DNA of 33,088 nt from an uncultured Lachnospiraceae bacterium (GTDB lineage Bacteria; Bacillota; Clostridia; Oscillospirales; CAG-272): positions 1-33,088 of the forward strand of contig CAZYFC010000001.1 of NCBI GenBank assembly GCA_964646715.1, read 5' to 3'. Positions 23,078-31,619 of this stretch are shown piece by piece. Under the pieces are notes generated by a model. It did no database searches and had not been told where the DNA came from. It was given only the letters and a program-made list of their open reading frames with translations. Position 1 is the stretch's first letter, and the number at the start of each line of letters is the position of its first letter. A program made the position numbers and the translations under genes.

Positions 23078-24838
23078 TTATTCGCCTGTTTTGGCAAGGA
23101 TCTTGATCTCGCTGATCGAGACAGGCGTATCACTTTCAATCGTCACGGTCACCGAATAGACCTTGACTGCCTTGTTCAGCTCAAGGATCGCACAACTACC
23201 GGCATAGATCGCCTCCTTCGAGGCGTCGATCGAGTCAGAAAGGACACGAACGGAATCGAAGGAATAATACTCGCCGATCTGAATATTCGTCACCTTCGTA
23301 AAGGAGGTTGCGTAGTCGGCACTGTTGTAGACCATCACGCCGATGACATCCTGCGGCGTATCAAAGGTAAACGTCAGAGTCACCTTTCCCGCACCGCCAA
23401 CCGCCTCATACTGCTTATAAACGAGACTTGCGTTGATCTGTCCGTCGTTCAGGTATTCAACGCCCGATATAATGTTCTCTGCCGTCACGGCGGCAAGCCC
23501 TGCCACATTCTGAACACCCGTCACGGCGGCAGGCAGATTCTGTGCCGAAACGGTTGGGCCGTTGATATACAGCGTGCCGTCATCACGGAAGCCCACCGAA
23601 TCGATCGTGAAGTGACGGTAATTGCTCTTTTCAGGCATCAGCGTGTGATACACGACGTAAAGCTCATCCCCGATCGTCAGGAACATGGCGTGTCCCGTGC
23701 CGTCAAAATAAGACCAATTGCTGTCCTCGTTGGGATCGATGCCCATAATAGGCAGATTGTCAGGCTTCTCGTAGCTGCCAAGAGGACTGTCGGAGACTGC
23801 GTAGCCTACGGCGTAATACTTCGAGCCGAAGTAGTTTGCGCTGTAGGTAAGATAATACTTGCCGTCGTGCTTCAGAACGAACGGGCCTTCGTTCCACATG
23901 CCCTGCTGTGTCTCCCAACGCTGTGTGTACGCCCCCTTTTCGGTCAGTGTCGAGCGTCCGACCTCGGTGAGCTTGACCGGCACGGCGCCTTCCTTAACGG
24001 TATAGGCGTTCTCCAGCTCAATGCCCCAAAGCGTACTGCGTGCGGTAGAGTTTGTGCCCCCCGAGGAGGCGTTATCACCGATCTGGTCTCTTACGAAGAA
24101 ATAGTACATTCTGCCGTCGTCGTCGGTAAAGACCGAGCCGTCGATCGTCGGGAAGTCACTGCCGAAATCGAAGATAGGCTCCGAACCGTCAATGCCGTCG
24201 GCAACGTCATTCGTGAAAGGGCCGAGTGGACTGTCGGCAACGGCAACAGAGCCGTGCAGAACGCCGCTTCCGCCCTTCGCGGCGGTATAATACATGTAAT
24301 ACTTATCCCCGATCTTATAGACCTCAGGCGCCCAAAGACGGCTGGTGCACCAGTCGTTTGCATCGGGAATAAAGCATGCGCCGCCGTCCTCCCAATTGAC
24401 GAGGTCGGTGGAGGTATAGACCTCAAACTGCTCAACAGTCTTACCGGGATTCACGTAAAGCCGCGTCGTACCGTAAAGGTAGAAGACGCCGTTGTCGTAG
24501 AAAAGATAGGGATCTCCAACGTAAGGGCCGGTCTTATAATACTTGTTGTAGTAGAACAGCGAGGAGGAGTTTTTGGCTCTTCCGCTCGTCGAATAGTTCG
24601 TGCCGCTGACGGTGCTGTCGTAGATCTCCACGTAAGGCGCTTGCGTCTCGGATGTCGTTTCTTCAGTCGTCTCTTCTTCAGAGTCAAGACCGCCTTCGAC
24701 GGTAGTCTCAGCGTCTGTGCTTGCCGCCGTCGTCTCAGCCGCAGTCGTTCCGTCGGCGTCAGTGCAGGAAACGGCGCTCAGAACGAGTGATACGAGCACA
24801 AAAAGCAGTACCAACAGTTTTACAGAAAGTTTCTTCAT
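23078..24838 (-). CDS. Glycoside hydrolase family 43 lipoprotein with a C-terminal beta-sandwich (discoidin/CBM-like) domain
   Basis: Lipobox LSAVSC, then an acidic T/E-rich linker. GH43 blades WAPEVYKIGDKYYMYYTA and WNEGPFVLKHDGKYYLTYSANY. The C-terminus ends in ISEIKILAK. Confidence 0.85.
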   Translation of the reverse strand: MKKLSVKLLVLLFVLVSLVLSAVSCTDADGTTAAETTAASTDAETTVEGGLDSEEETTEETTSETQAPYVEIYDSTVSGTNYSTSGRAKNSSSLFYYNKYYKTGPYVGDPYLFYDNGVFYLYGTTRLYVNPGKTVEQFEVYTSTDLVNWEDGGACFIPDANDWCTSRLWAPEVYKIGDKYYMYYTAAKGGSGVLHGSVAVADSPLGPFTNDVADGIDGSEPIFDFGSDFPTIDGSVFTDDDGRMYYFFVRDQIGDNASSGGTNSTARSTLWGIELENAYTVKEGAVPVKLTEVGRSTLTEKGAYTQRWETQQGMWNEGPFVLKHDGKYYLTYSANYFGSKYYAVGYAVSDSPLGSYEKPDNLPIMGIDPNEDSNWSYFDGTGHAMFLTIGDELYVVYHTLMPEKSNYRHFTIDSVGFRDDGTLYINGPTVSAQNLPAAVTGVQNVAGLAAVTAENIISGVEYLNDGQINASLVYKQYEAVGGAGKVTLTFTFDTPQDVIGVMVYNSADYATSFTKVTNIQIGEYYSFDSVRVLSDSIDASKEAIYAGSCAILELNKAVKVYSVTVTIESDTPVSISEIKILAKTGE

Positions 24839-24880
24839 ATCTTAGTCCTTCCTTTCCCGAGGGCTTTTCTTTTAAGGCAT

Positions 24881-25936
24881 TTATTCCTTGTCAAGTGCCA
24901 GAGAGACAAGGCGGTCGATCAGAGTCGCGTAGGAAATGCCCGATGCCTCCATCATCTTGGGATACATGCTGATCGAGGTGAAGCCGGGAAGCGTGTTGAT
25001 CTCGTTAAAGACGACTCGCTCGCCGTCCACGAAAAAGTCAACGCGTGCAAGACCGCGACAGCCAAGGATCTTATAGATCCTGAGGGCAAGGCGGCGCACC
25101 TTTTCACTTGCCGTGTCCGAAATACGCGCAGGGATGTAGTAGCTCGCCGTATCGTTGACGTATTTGGTGTCGTAATCGTAAAAATCGCTTCCGGGTACGA
25201 TCTCCCCCGGCAGGGATGCTTCGCAGGAGGTGTTGCCAAGCACCGCCACCTCAATTTCCGCGCCGCTGATGCGCTCTTCGATCAGAACGCGATCATCCGA
25301 CAGAAACGCCTTTTCAATGGCAGGCAACAATTCATCGGGGCTTTTCACACAGCTTACGCCGCAGGACGAGCCGGAAGCCGAGGGCTTGACGAATAGGGGA
25401 AAACCGAGAGATTCAGCGGCAAGAGCCACGCGCATAGGCATTTTACGGAACTCCGCACGGTCGATCGCCATCGCCGTTGCCTGTGGAATGCCGTGATTTT
25501 TGAGTATCATTTTGGTAGACGCCTTATCCATGCAGACGGCAGAGGCAAGACAGCCCGAGCCCACGAAAGGAATACCGCAAAGCTCAAGCAGCCCTTGCAG
25601 CGTGCCGTCCTCGCAATGCTTGCCGTGCATCACGGGAAAGATCACGTCAATTGTACGCCGCAGGATGCGTTCTCCATCGAGAATAAGAAGCGTCTTTTCG
25701 CCGCGCGCGGGAGGCAGGATAACCTCCTTCGTGGCGTGCTTTTGCCAGGATTCTGCCCGAAGATCGGCAAGTGCGCCTTCATAGAGCAGCCATTTACCTT
25801 CCTTTGTAACACCCACCGCCGTCACGTCGTATTTGTCGCTATCCACCTGCGACAAAACTGACGATGCGCTGACGAGCGAGACCTCATGCTCCTCCGACAC
25901 GCCGCCGAAGAGACAGCACAGCTTGATTTTTGCCAT
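24881..25936 (-). CDS. ddl: D-alanine--D-alanine ligase
   Basis: GGVSEEHEVSL, the ATP-grasp motif FVKPSASGSSCGVS, FYDYDTKY and EINTLPGFT. Confidence 0.9.
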   Translation of the reverse strand: MAKIKLCCLFGGVSEEHEVSLVSASSVLSQVDSDKYDVTAVGVTKEGKWLLYEGALADLRAESWQKHATKEVILPPARGEKTLLILDGERILRRTIDVIFPVMHGKHCEDGTLQGLLELCGIPFVGSGCLASAVCMDKASTKMILKNHGIPQATAMAIDRAEFRKMPMRVALAAESLGFPLFVKPSASGSSCGVSCVKSPDELLPAIEKAFLSDDRVLIEERISGAEIEVAVLGNTSCEASLPGEIVPGSDFYDYDTKYVNDTASYYIPARISDTASEKVRRLALRIYKILGCRGLARVDFFVDGERVVFNEINTLPGFTSISMYPKMMEASGISYATLIDRLVSLALDKE

Positions 25937-26010
25937 AGAGACTCCTTTAATTCACCGTATAGTATCAGGCGGGGAAAACAGCTCCGCCACCCGTGTCAGT
26001 ATATGCTTTT

Positions 26011-27585
26011 TCAGTGGATCTTCTGCTTGTTCAAAAAATAGACCATCGAATCGCAAAGCGCCTGCCAGCTTGCGTCAATGATATCGGGCGATACGCCCAC
26101 CGTGCGCCAGACAGACTGATTGTCCGTCGTACTGACGCGCACAAGCACCTTCGACGCGGTATTGTCGCCCGAATCAAGCACGCGTACCTTATAGTCGCAA
26201 AGACGGATCTTCGCAATACTCGGATAGAAGAAAAGCAGTGCCTTACGAAGTGCAAGGTCGAGCGCGTTGACAGGGCCTTCGCCCTCTGCGGCGGTGATCT
26301 CCTCCCTGCCGCCCACGGCGATCTTAACCTGTGCCGAACAGAGCGGCGCGCTCTCCTTCTTCGATTCCGAGATCAGAACGCGGAAATTGATAAGTTCAAA
26401 AAACTCGTTTTGGCATTTGCCGGTGTACGCCTCGTAAAGGCGCAGACAGAAAGACGCCTCGGCATCCTCAAAGCGGTAGCCCTCGGCCTCAAGTGCTTTG
26501 ACGCGCTCAACCGTTTCAAGAACGATCGGCGCATCCTTCGTCACCTCCGGAAAATGCTCGTGCAATTTGGAATAGATCGCGCTCTTGCCCGACAGCGAGG
26601 AGACGAGCGTGTTGCGCTCGTTACCGACAGCCGTCGGCTCGATATGCTCGAAAGAGGCGGGATTCTTGTTGACCGCATCGATATGCATGCCCGCCTTATG
26701 CGTAAAGGCTGAGCCGCCGACGAAGGGCTCGCTTTCGTCAAAGGCGCGGTTGGCGACTTCGTTGATATATCTCGCCGTCGCGGTGAGGCGAGCAAGCTGC
26801 TCTTCGGGGATAAGCGTATAGCCCATTTTGAGCTGCAGCAGCGGGATCACGGTCGAGAGGTTGGCGTTGCCGCAGCGCTCACCGATACCCGAGACGGTCA
26901 CCTGGACGTGGGAGGCACCTGCCAGCACCGACGACAGTGTACAAGCGGTCGCCATTCCGAGATCGTTATGGCAATGGATGCCGATCGCGGCATCGGGAAA
27001 GCGCTCCTTCACGCGTTTGGTCACCATGCCTACGATATCGGGAAGCATGCCGCCGTTCGTGTCGCAGAGCGTGATGATCTCCGCGCCCGCACCGATCGCC
27101 GTTTCAAGCACGGCGAGCGCGTAGAGCGCATCGTCCGAATAGCCGTCAAAGAAATGCTCGGCATCAAAAAAGACGCGCTTGCCCCTCCCTTTCAAAAAAG
27201 AGACCGTGTCGGCGATCATACGAAGATTCTCTTCGGGCGTGGTGCGAAGGATCTCTCTGACGTGGCTGATACTCGCCTTGCCGAAGACTGTCACGCATTC
27301 AACAGAGGAGGAAGCGAGCCAGATCAGCGCCTCACTCTCAGAGGCGGGTGTGTTTGGGCGGCAGGTACTGCCGAACGCCACGATCCTCGCATGCGTCAAT
27401 GCGCCCTGATCGAGCGATTCAAAGAAGCGCCTGTCCTCTTCGAGAGAAATATTGCCCGCTTCGATGAAGTCAACGCCGAGAGCGTCAAGACTTGATACGA
27501 TCTTCTGCTTGTCGTGTGCCGTAAAGGATATGCCAAAGCCCTGCGCACCGTCGCGCAAGGTGGTGTCAAGTACTTGGATCTTCAT
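26011..27585 (-). CDS. cimA: (R)-citramalate synthase (isopropylmalate/citramalate synthase family)
   Basis: LDTTLRDGAQ, HCHNDLGMATA, and a 524-aa length with a LeuA-dimer-like C-terminal regulatory domain. The cimA-versus-leuA call is from memory of family lengths and N-termini. Confidence 0.75.
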   Translation of the reverse strand: MKIQVLDTTLRDGAQGFGISFTAHDKQKIVSSLDALGVDFIEAGNISLEEDRRFFESLDQGALTHARIVAFGSTCRPNTPASESEALIWLASSSVECVTVFGKASISHVREILRTTPEENLRMIADTVSFLKGRGKRVFFDAEHFFDGYSDDALYALAVLETAIGAGAEIITLCDTNGGMLPDIVGMVTKRVKERFPDAAIGIHCHNDLGMATACTLSSVLAGASHVQVTVSGIGERCGNANLSTVIPLLQLKMGYTLIPEEQLARLTATARYINEVANRAFDESEPFVGGSAFTHKAGMHIDAVNKNPASFEHIEPTAVGNERNTLVSSLSGKSAIYSKLHEHFPEVTKDAPIVLETVERVKALEAEGYRFEDAEASFCLRLYEAYTGKCQNEFFELINFRVLISESKKESAPLCSAQVKIAVGGREEITAAEGEGPVNALDLALRKALLFFYPSIAKIRLCDYKVRVLDSGDNTASKVLVRVSTTDNQSVWRTVGVSPDIIDASWQALCDSMVYFLNKQKIH

Positions 27586-27607
27586 AAATAAATCCTTTCA
27601 ACGCTTC

Positions 27608-28369
27608 TCATGCTTTTGGAAACACGATCGCAAGACGGTCGTTGTTGCCGTAGTCCTTTTCAACTTGGCAGGTAAAGCCGAGAGACGCGGCAAGCGACGA
27701 GATCGCGTCCCTCTGATCAAAGCCGATCTCGAAGAGAAAGCCGCCGTCAGGCTTTAAGTTGCCTTTATACTTATCTAAAATACTGCGATAAAAATCCATG
27801 CCGTCCTCACCGCCGTCAAGCGCCATGATCGGCTCGTAGGCAAGCGAGGGATAGGCAGCAATATCGTTTTTCGGAATATAGGGTGGGTTGGAAAGGATGA
27901 GATCAAAGCGTTCATCCTCACAAAGCCCCTCCTTCATATCCTTGTGACAGAAGACGATCTGCGAGGCAACGCCGTTTGCCTCGGCGTTTCGCTTTGCCAC
28001 GGCAAGAGCCTTCAGAGAAAGGTCAAGCGCCATACCGAAGGCGTCGGGGCGATGCTTGGCAAGCGTCACGGCAATACAGCCGCTTCCCGTGCCGAGGTCA
28101 CAAAATCTGCCGCCTTGAGGAAGAAGACCGATTGCCTTTTCCACAAGCCGTTCGGTATCGGGACGTGGGATCAGAACATCCTCGTTGACTTCAAAAACAA
28201 GGTCGTAAAAGGCCTCCTCGCCCGTGATATAGGCAAGCGGCATTCCCTCTTCGAGCCTCCCCTTTGCGGTCAGGATCGCCTCTTCAAGCTGCTCGCCCGA
28301 TAGACCTTTTTTCATATAGAACGCCGACAGAAGCTCTCTTTCGTGGTCGTTCGTCTTAAAAAATGCCAT
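27608..28369 (-). CDS. prmC: Release-factor glutamine N5-methyltransferase
   Basis: LIPRPDTE, the SAM motif DLGTGSGCIAV and the catalytic NPPY (ILSNPPYIP). Confidence 0.85.
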   Translation of the reverse strand: MAFFKTNDHERELLSAFYMKKGLSGEQLEEAILTAKGRLEEGMPLAYITGEEAFYDLVFEVNEDVLIPRPDTERLVEKAIGLLPQGGRFCDLGTGSGCIAVTLAKHRPDAFGMALDLSLKALAVAKRNAEANGVASQIVFCHKDMKEGLCEDERFDLILSNPPYIPKNDIAAYPSLAYEPIMALDGGEDGMDFYRSILDKYKGNLKPDGGFLFEIGFDQRDAISSLAASLGFTCQVEKDYGNNDRLAIVFPKA

Positions 28370-28381
28370 AGACAGCTCCTT

Positions 28382-28867
28382 TCAGCCTACCGTGCTCGCA
28401 AGATTGATGACCGTCAGACCCTTTTTTTCGGCATAACGGCGAGTATAGGCAGAGCCGCCGCTTTCGCTTCTGACGTAGGCGACGAGCAGAGCGCTTCTGT
28501 CCACCATATAGCGGTTTCGCTCAAGCATACAGCTCTTCGTATAGTGTGGGGAAAGCGTCACCACCTCGTCGGCGCGCTCCAAAATACGCGCATAGAGCGC
28601 CCTTGAGGCAAGCGGCCATTTGTCACTCTGCTCGGGACAGGGGCGGGCGATGACAAGACGAAGCGCCGGAAAGAGACGCTTGCAATTGAGAAGCGTCACA
28701 GCCGCGATCGTGTCGAAGCCGACAGCACCGCCACAGATAAAGTGGCGAAAGCCTTTTTCGTAAAGCAGCTGCACGGTGTTAAGGATCGCCGCTGAGATCG
28801 CCTCGTATTCACTTTGTGCAATATCCCGATGCCCCGTAAAGCAGCAGGTCGTGTTCTTATCTGACAT
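28382..28867 (-). CDS. SLOG-superfamily protein, DUF1273 / YpsA-like
   Basis: CCFTGHR near the N-terminus and ICGGAVGFDT (a Rossmann-like Gly motif). The start is at ATG 28867, with AAAGGA upstream. Confidence 0.7.
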   Translation of the reverse strand: MSDKNTTCCFTGHRDIAQSEYEAISAAILNTVQLLYEKGFRHFICGGAVGFDTIAAVTLLNCKRLFPALRLVIARPCPEQSDKWPLASRALYARILERADEVVTLSPHYTKSCMLERNRYMVDRSALLVAYVRSESGGSAYTRRYAEKKGLTVINLASTVG

Positions 28868-28908
28868 AGGATTCCTTTTCAAGCTGTAAGATCGGTGCAA
28901 GCATTGTG

Positions 28909-31026
28909 TCAGGAGAGCGTTGAGGTAAGCCCCCTGCTGAAATCGGCAAGTGCTGCCTTCAGGAGCCGGTGCGCCTCAAGAGAAAGCGAGGGATCGCTTG
29001 CAACAAGTGCCGTCGCCTCGGCAAAAGCGTTGGATAGCAGCGCGGTATCGTCGCAGAGCGACGCCACGCGAAAGTGCAGTTCACCGTGCTGACGCGTACT
29101 GCCCTCGCCGCCTATAAAATCGCCCGGGCCGCGCTGGGCAAGGTCAAATTCGGCAATTTTATAGCCGTCGTTCGTTTTGCAAAGGGCTTCCATGCGGCGA
29201 AGCGACTCTTCATTCTTCGAGTCGCTCACGAGGATACACCAGGATTTATGTGCGCCGCGTCCCACGCGTCCTCGAAGCTGATGAAGCTGAGAAAGCCCGA
29301 AACGGTCGGCGTTTTCGATCACCATCAGCGTCGCGTTGGGTATGTTCACGCCCACCTCAATAACCGTGGTGGAAACAAGCACCGCGATCTCGCCGCGCTC
29401 AAACTCGCCCATGACGCGGTCTTTTTCGCTTGCCGACATTTTGCCGTGCAGACAGCCCACCTTGACCGACGGCAGCACTGCGGCAAGCTCGTCGGCATAG
29501 TCGACGGCGCGTCTTAAAAGCGGCTTTTCGATAATCTCGCCGCTCATGTCAACGAGGGACGCCCCTGCCTCATCCTCCTCTTCGGTGAGTTCAATGGCGG
29601 GGCAGACGATATACACCTGCCGCCCCTCGTCGGCCTGCTTTTTGATAAAGCCGTTGAGACGGGCGCGGTAGCTCTCGTCCACGAGAAAGGTCGAGACTCT
29701 TTGGCGGTTCGGGGGCAACTGATCGATCGTAGAGATATCAAGATCGCCGTACATCACGAGCGCGAGCGTGCGCGGAATAGGGGTCGCAGACATAACGAGA
29801 ACATGCTGATCTCTGCCCTTTTCAGCGAGAGCTGCACGCTGACGGATGCCGAAACGGTGCTGCTCGTCGGTGATCATGAGAGCCGGACGGCTGAAGCTGA
29901 CCGCATCCGAGAGCAGCGCGTGCGTGCCGATCACGAAATCCACCTTTCCCGAAGCCGCCTCCTCCTGCACCTTGCGCTTTTTCGCGGGTGTGAGTGCCCC
30001 GACGAGAAGCGCGACGCGCAAGCCAAGCGACTCAAACAAAGGGGCAAGATCGTTATAATGCTGGCGCGCCAATATCTCGGTAGGCGCCATCATCGCAACC
30101 TGATAGCCGTTTTTCACGGCAATAAAGGCGCTTGCCGCCGCAATCACCGTCTTACCGCTACCCACGTCACCGCTGACAAGACGGTGCATCGCATACCTGC
30201 TTGCAAGATCCTTGCGGATCTCGGCAAGCACGCGGCTCTGCGCGTCGGTCAGCCTGAAGGGGAGTGCCGACAAAAAGGTCTCCATGACGCTATCGGTCAC
30301 CGAAAGCGCAATTCCTCGCTTTCCGTCGCGTTCCTTTTTGGCAGTCGCCACCGAAAGCGCAAAGAGAAACAGCTCTTCAAAAACAAAATAACGGCGCGCC
30401 TCGGCGAGCTTTTCGGGATTTTGAGGGTGATGAATGATATACAGCGCATCGCTCAGCGAGCAAAGGCGGTATTTTTCGCGGATAGGCTGAGGGAGCACCT
30501 CTTCGATCGAATCAAGTGAGGCGAGCGCAATGCCCACCGTTGCGCGCATCAGCTTCTGACCGATGCCGCCGCCCAGTGGATAAACGGGAACGTAATCGGC
30601 AAGACGGCGCACGCCGTCTGCAGGCTCAAACTGCGGTGATGTCAGCGTCCATCTGCCGCGAACCTGAGTAAGCCTTCCCCAGAAGCGATAAGTCGCGCCG
30701 AGCGCAAAGGCGTCCTTGATATAGTTTTGATTAAAGAAAACGACCTCGCATTTGCCCGTTTCGTCAAACGCCGAAAATTTGGTCAGGGTCATGCGGCTTT
30801 TGAGCTGTGCCACCATAGGACGCGTGCCGACCGTCAGCATCATGGCAGAGATCTCGCCCGTCATGCCTGCTTCGGCAAGCGTGCGGATATCGCCTCGGTT
30901 CTGATAGGCACGCGGAAAACGGCGCAGAAGGTCACCGACCGTCAGAATGCCGATCTTTTCGAACATGCCTTTCTTTTTCGGCCCGATGCCCGCAAGAGCC
31001 GAGACCGGACTTTTCATCGTGATCAT
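28909..31026 (-). CDS. recG: ATP-dependent DNA helicase RecG
   Basis: N-terminal wedge region, Walker A GDVGSGKT, TDEQHRFG and QLHQLRGRVGRG. AAAGGAG lies 7 nt before ATG 31026. Confidence 0.95.
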   Translation of the reverse strand: MITMKSPVSALAGIGPKKKGMFEKIGILTVGDLLRRFPRAYQNRGDIRTLAEAGMTGEISAMMLTVGTRPMVAQLKSRMTLTKFSAFDETGKCEVVFFNQNYIKDAFALGATYRFWGRLTQVRGRWTLTSPQFEPADGVRRLADYVPVYPLGGGIGQKLMRATVGIALASLDSIEEVLPQPIREKYRLCSLSDALYIIHHPQNPEKLAEARRYFVFEELFLFALSVATAKKERDGKRGIALSVTDSVMETFLSALPFRLTDAQSRVLAEIRKDLASRYAMHRLVSGDVGSGKTVIAAASAFIAVKNGYQVAMMAPTEILARQHYNDLAPLFESLGLRVALLVGALTPAKKRKVQEEAASGKVDFVIGTHALLSDAVSFSRPALMITDEQHRFGIRQRAALAEKGRDQHVLVMSATPIPRTLALVMYGDLDISTIDQLPPNRQRVSTFLVDESYRARLNGFIKKQADEGRQVYIVCPAIELTEEEDEAGASLVDMSGEIIEKPLLRRAVDYADELAAVLPSVKVGCLHGKMSASEKDRVMGEFERGEIAVLVSTTVIEVGVNIPNATLMVIENADRFGLSQLHQLRGRVGRGAHKSWCILVSDSKNEESLRRMEALCKTNDGYKIAEFDLAQRGPGDFIGGEGSTRQHGELHFRVASLCDDTALLSNAFAEATALVASDPSLSLEAHRLLKAALADFSRGLTSTLS

Positions 31027-31079
31027 GCACCTGCTCCTTTCGACAGCACTGCTCCATTATATTGATTCTTTCATAATAC

Positions 31080-31108
31080 AGAATAGCATAACACCGCACT
31101 TTTGTCAA
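31080..31108 (-). promoter_or_regulatory. Sigma-A type promoter for recG and the downstream genes
   Basis: Minus strand reads TTGACA (31108-31103), a 17-nt spacer, then TATTCT (31085-31080) with TGc (extended -10). Confidence 0.6.
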
Positions 31109-31133
31109 GTAGAGCGCATCTGCGAACGCCGCA

Positions 31134-31183
31134 CAAAAAAGAGCAAGAACAAAAGGCTTTCGCCTTTGATTCTTGCTCTTTTA
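31134..31183 (-). terminator. Intrinsic terminator ending the opp / DUF3899 unit
   Basis: Minus strand reads AGAGCAAGAA..AAAGGC-gaaa-GCCTTT..TTCTTGCTCT followed by TTTTTT. Confidence 0.85.
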
Positions 31184-31212
31184 AGTGTAAAAAAGCGTTT
31201 TGCGAAGCGACT

Positions 31213-31614
31213 TTACGCCGTTGCCCAAAGGATGAGGAAGATACCCGACAGAGTAAGGTATCCTGCCCCCACGATCAAAAGGAAGAACTGTGCAGGGGCG
31301 CGTTTGCCCGCCTTCTCGGTCTTATAATCGTAAAAGCTCTTCTTTTCCAGATGCAAAAACGGCAGGAAAAGATGCGCTGCCGAACGGAACGCAAAGCTGA
31401 CACCGTCGAAAAATCCGGTGGTGGCAATCCAGAGAAGCGCGCCGAAGAGCGCGAGAAGTATACCGGAGACGAAGAACGCGTCGGCAAGGATCGTAAAGAC
31501 CGTCTCGGCAGGATAGCCCTCCACGCCGAAAAGGTTCTCAATGTACATAACCCAAACCGAAATAAGCGCACCGACCGCCGTCGATATGCCATACTGCAGC
31601 AGTTTCTTTTTCAT
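31213..31614 (-). CDS. Small integral membrane protein, DUF3899-like
   Basis: Four hydrophobic segments and a TTGFFDGVSFAFR motif, remembered from DUF3899 proteins. The start is at ATG 31614, 6 nt after the oppF stop. Confidence 0.6.
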   Translation of the reverse strand: MKKKLLQYGISTAVGALISVWVMYIENLFGVEGYPAETVFTILADAFFVSGILLALFGALLWIATTGFFDGVSFAFRSAAHLFLPFLHLEKKSFYDYKTEKAGKRAPAQFFLLIVGAGYLTLSGIFLILWATA

Positions 31615-31619
31615 TTCGA

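Noticed and set aside
22688-24790. A 700-aa plus-strand ORF, one of the longest in the track.
   Set aside because: It runs antisense across the GH43 gene and part of the PHP gene, both of which have clear family motifs. Over GH43 it is in the exact reverse-codon register, so it stays open simply because the sense gene avoids TTA/CTA/TCA codons. The product is Arg-rich and low-complexity, with no RBS or promoter. It is a shadow ORF.
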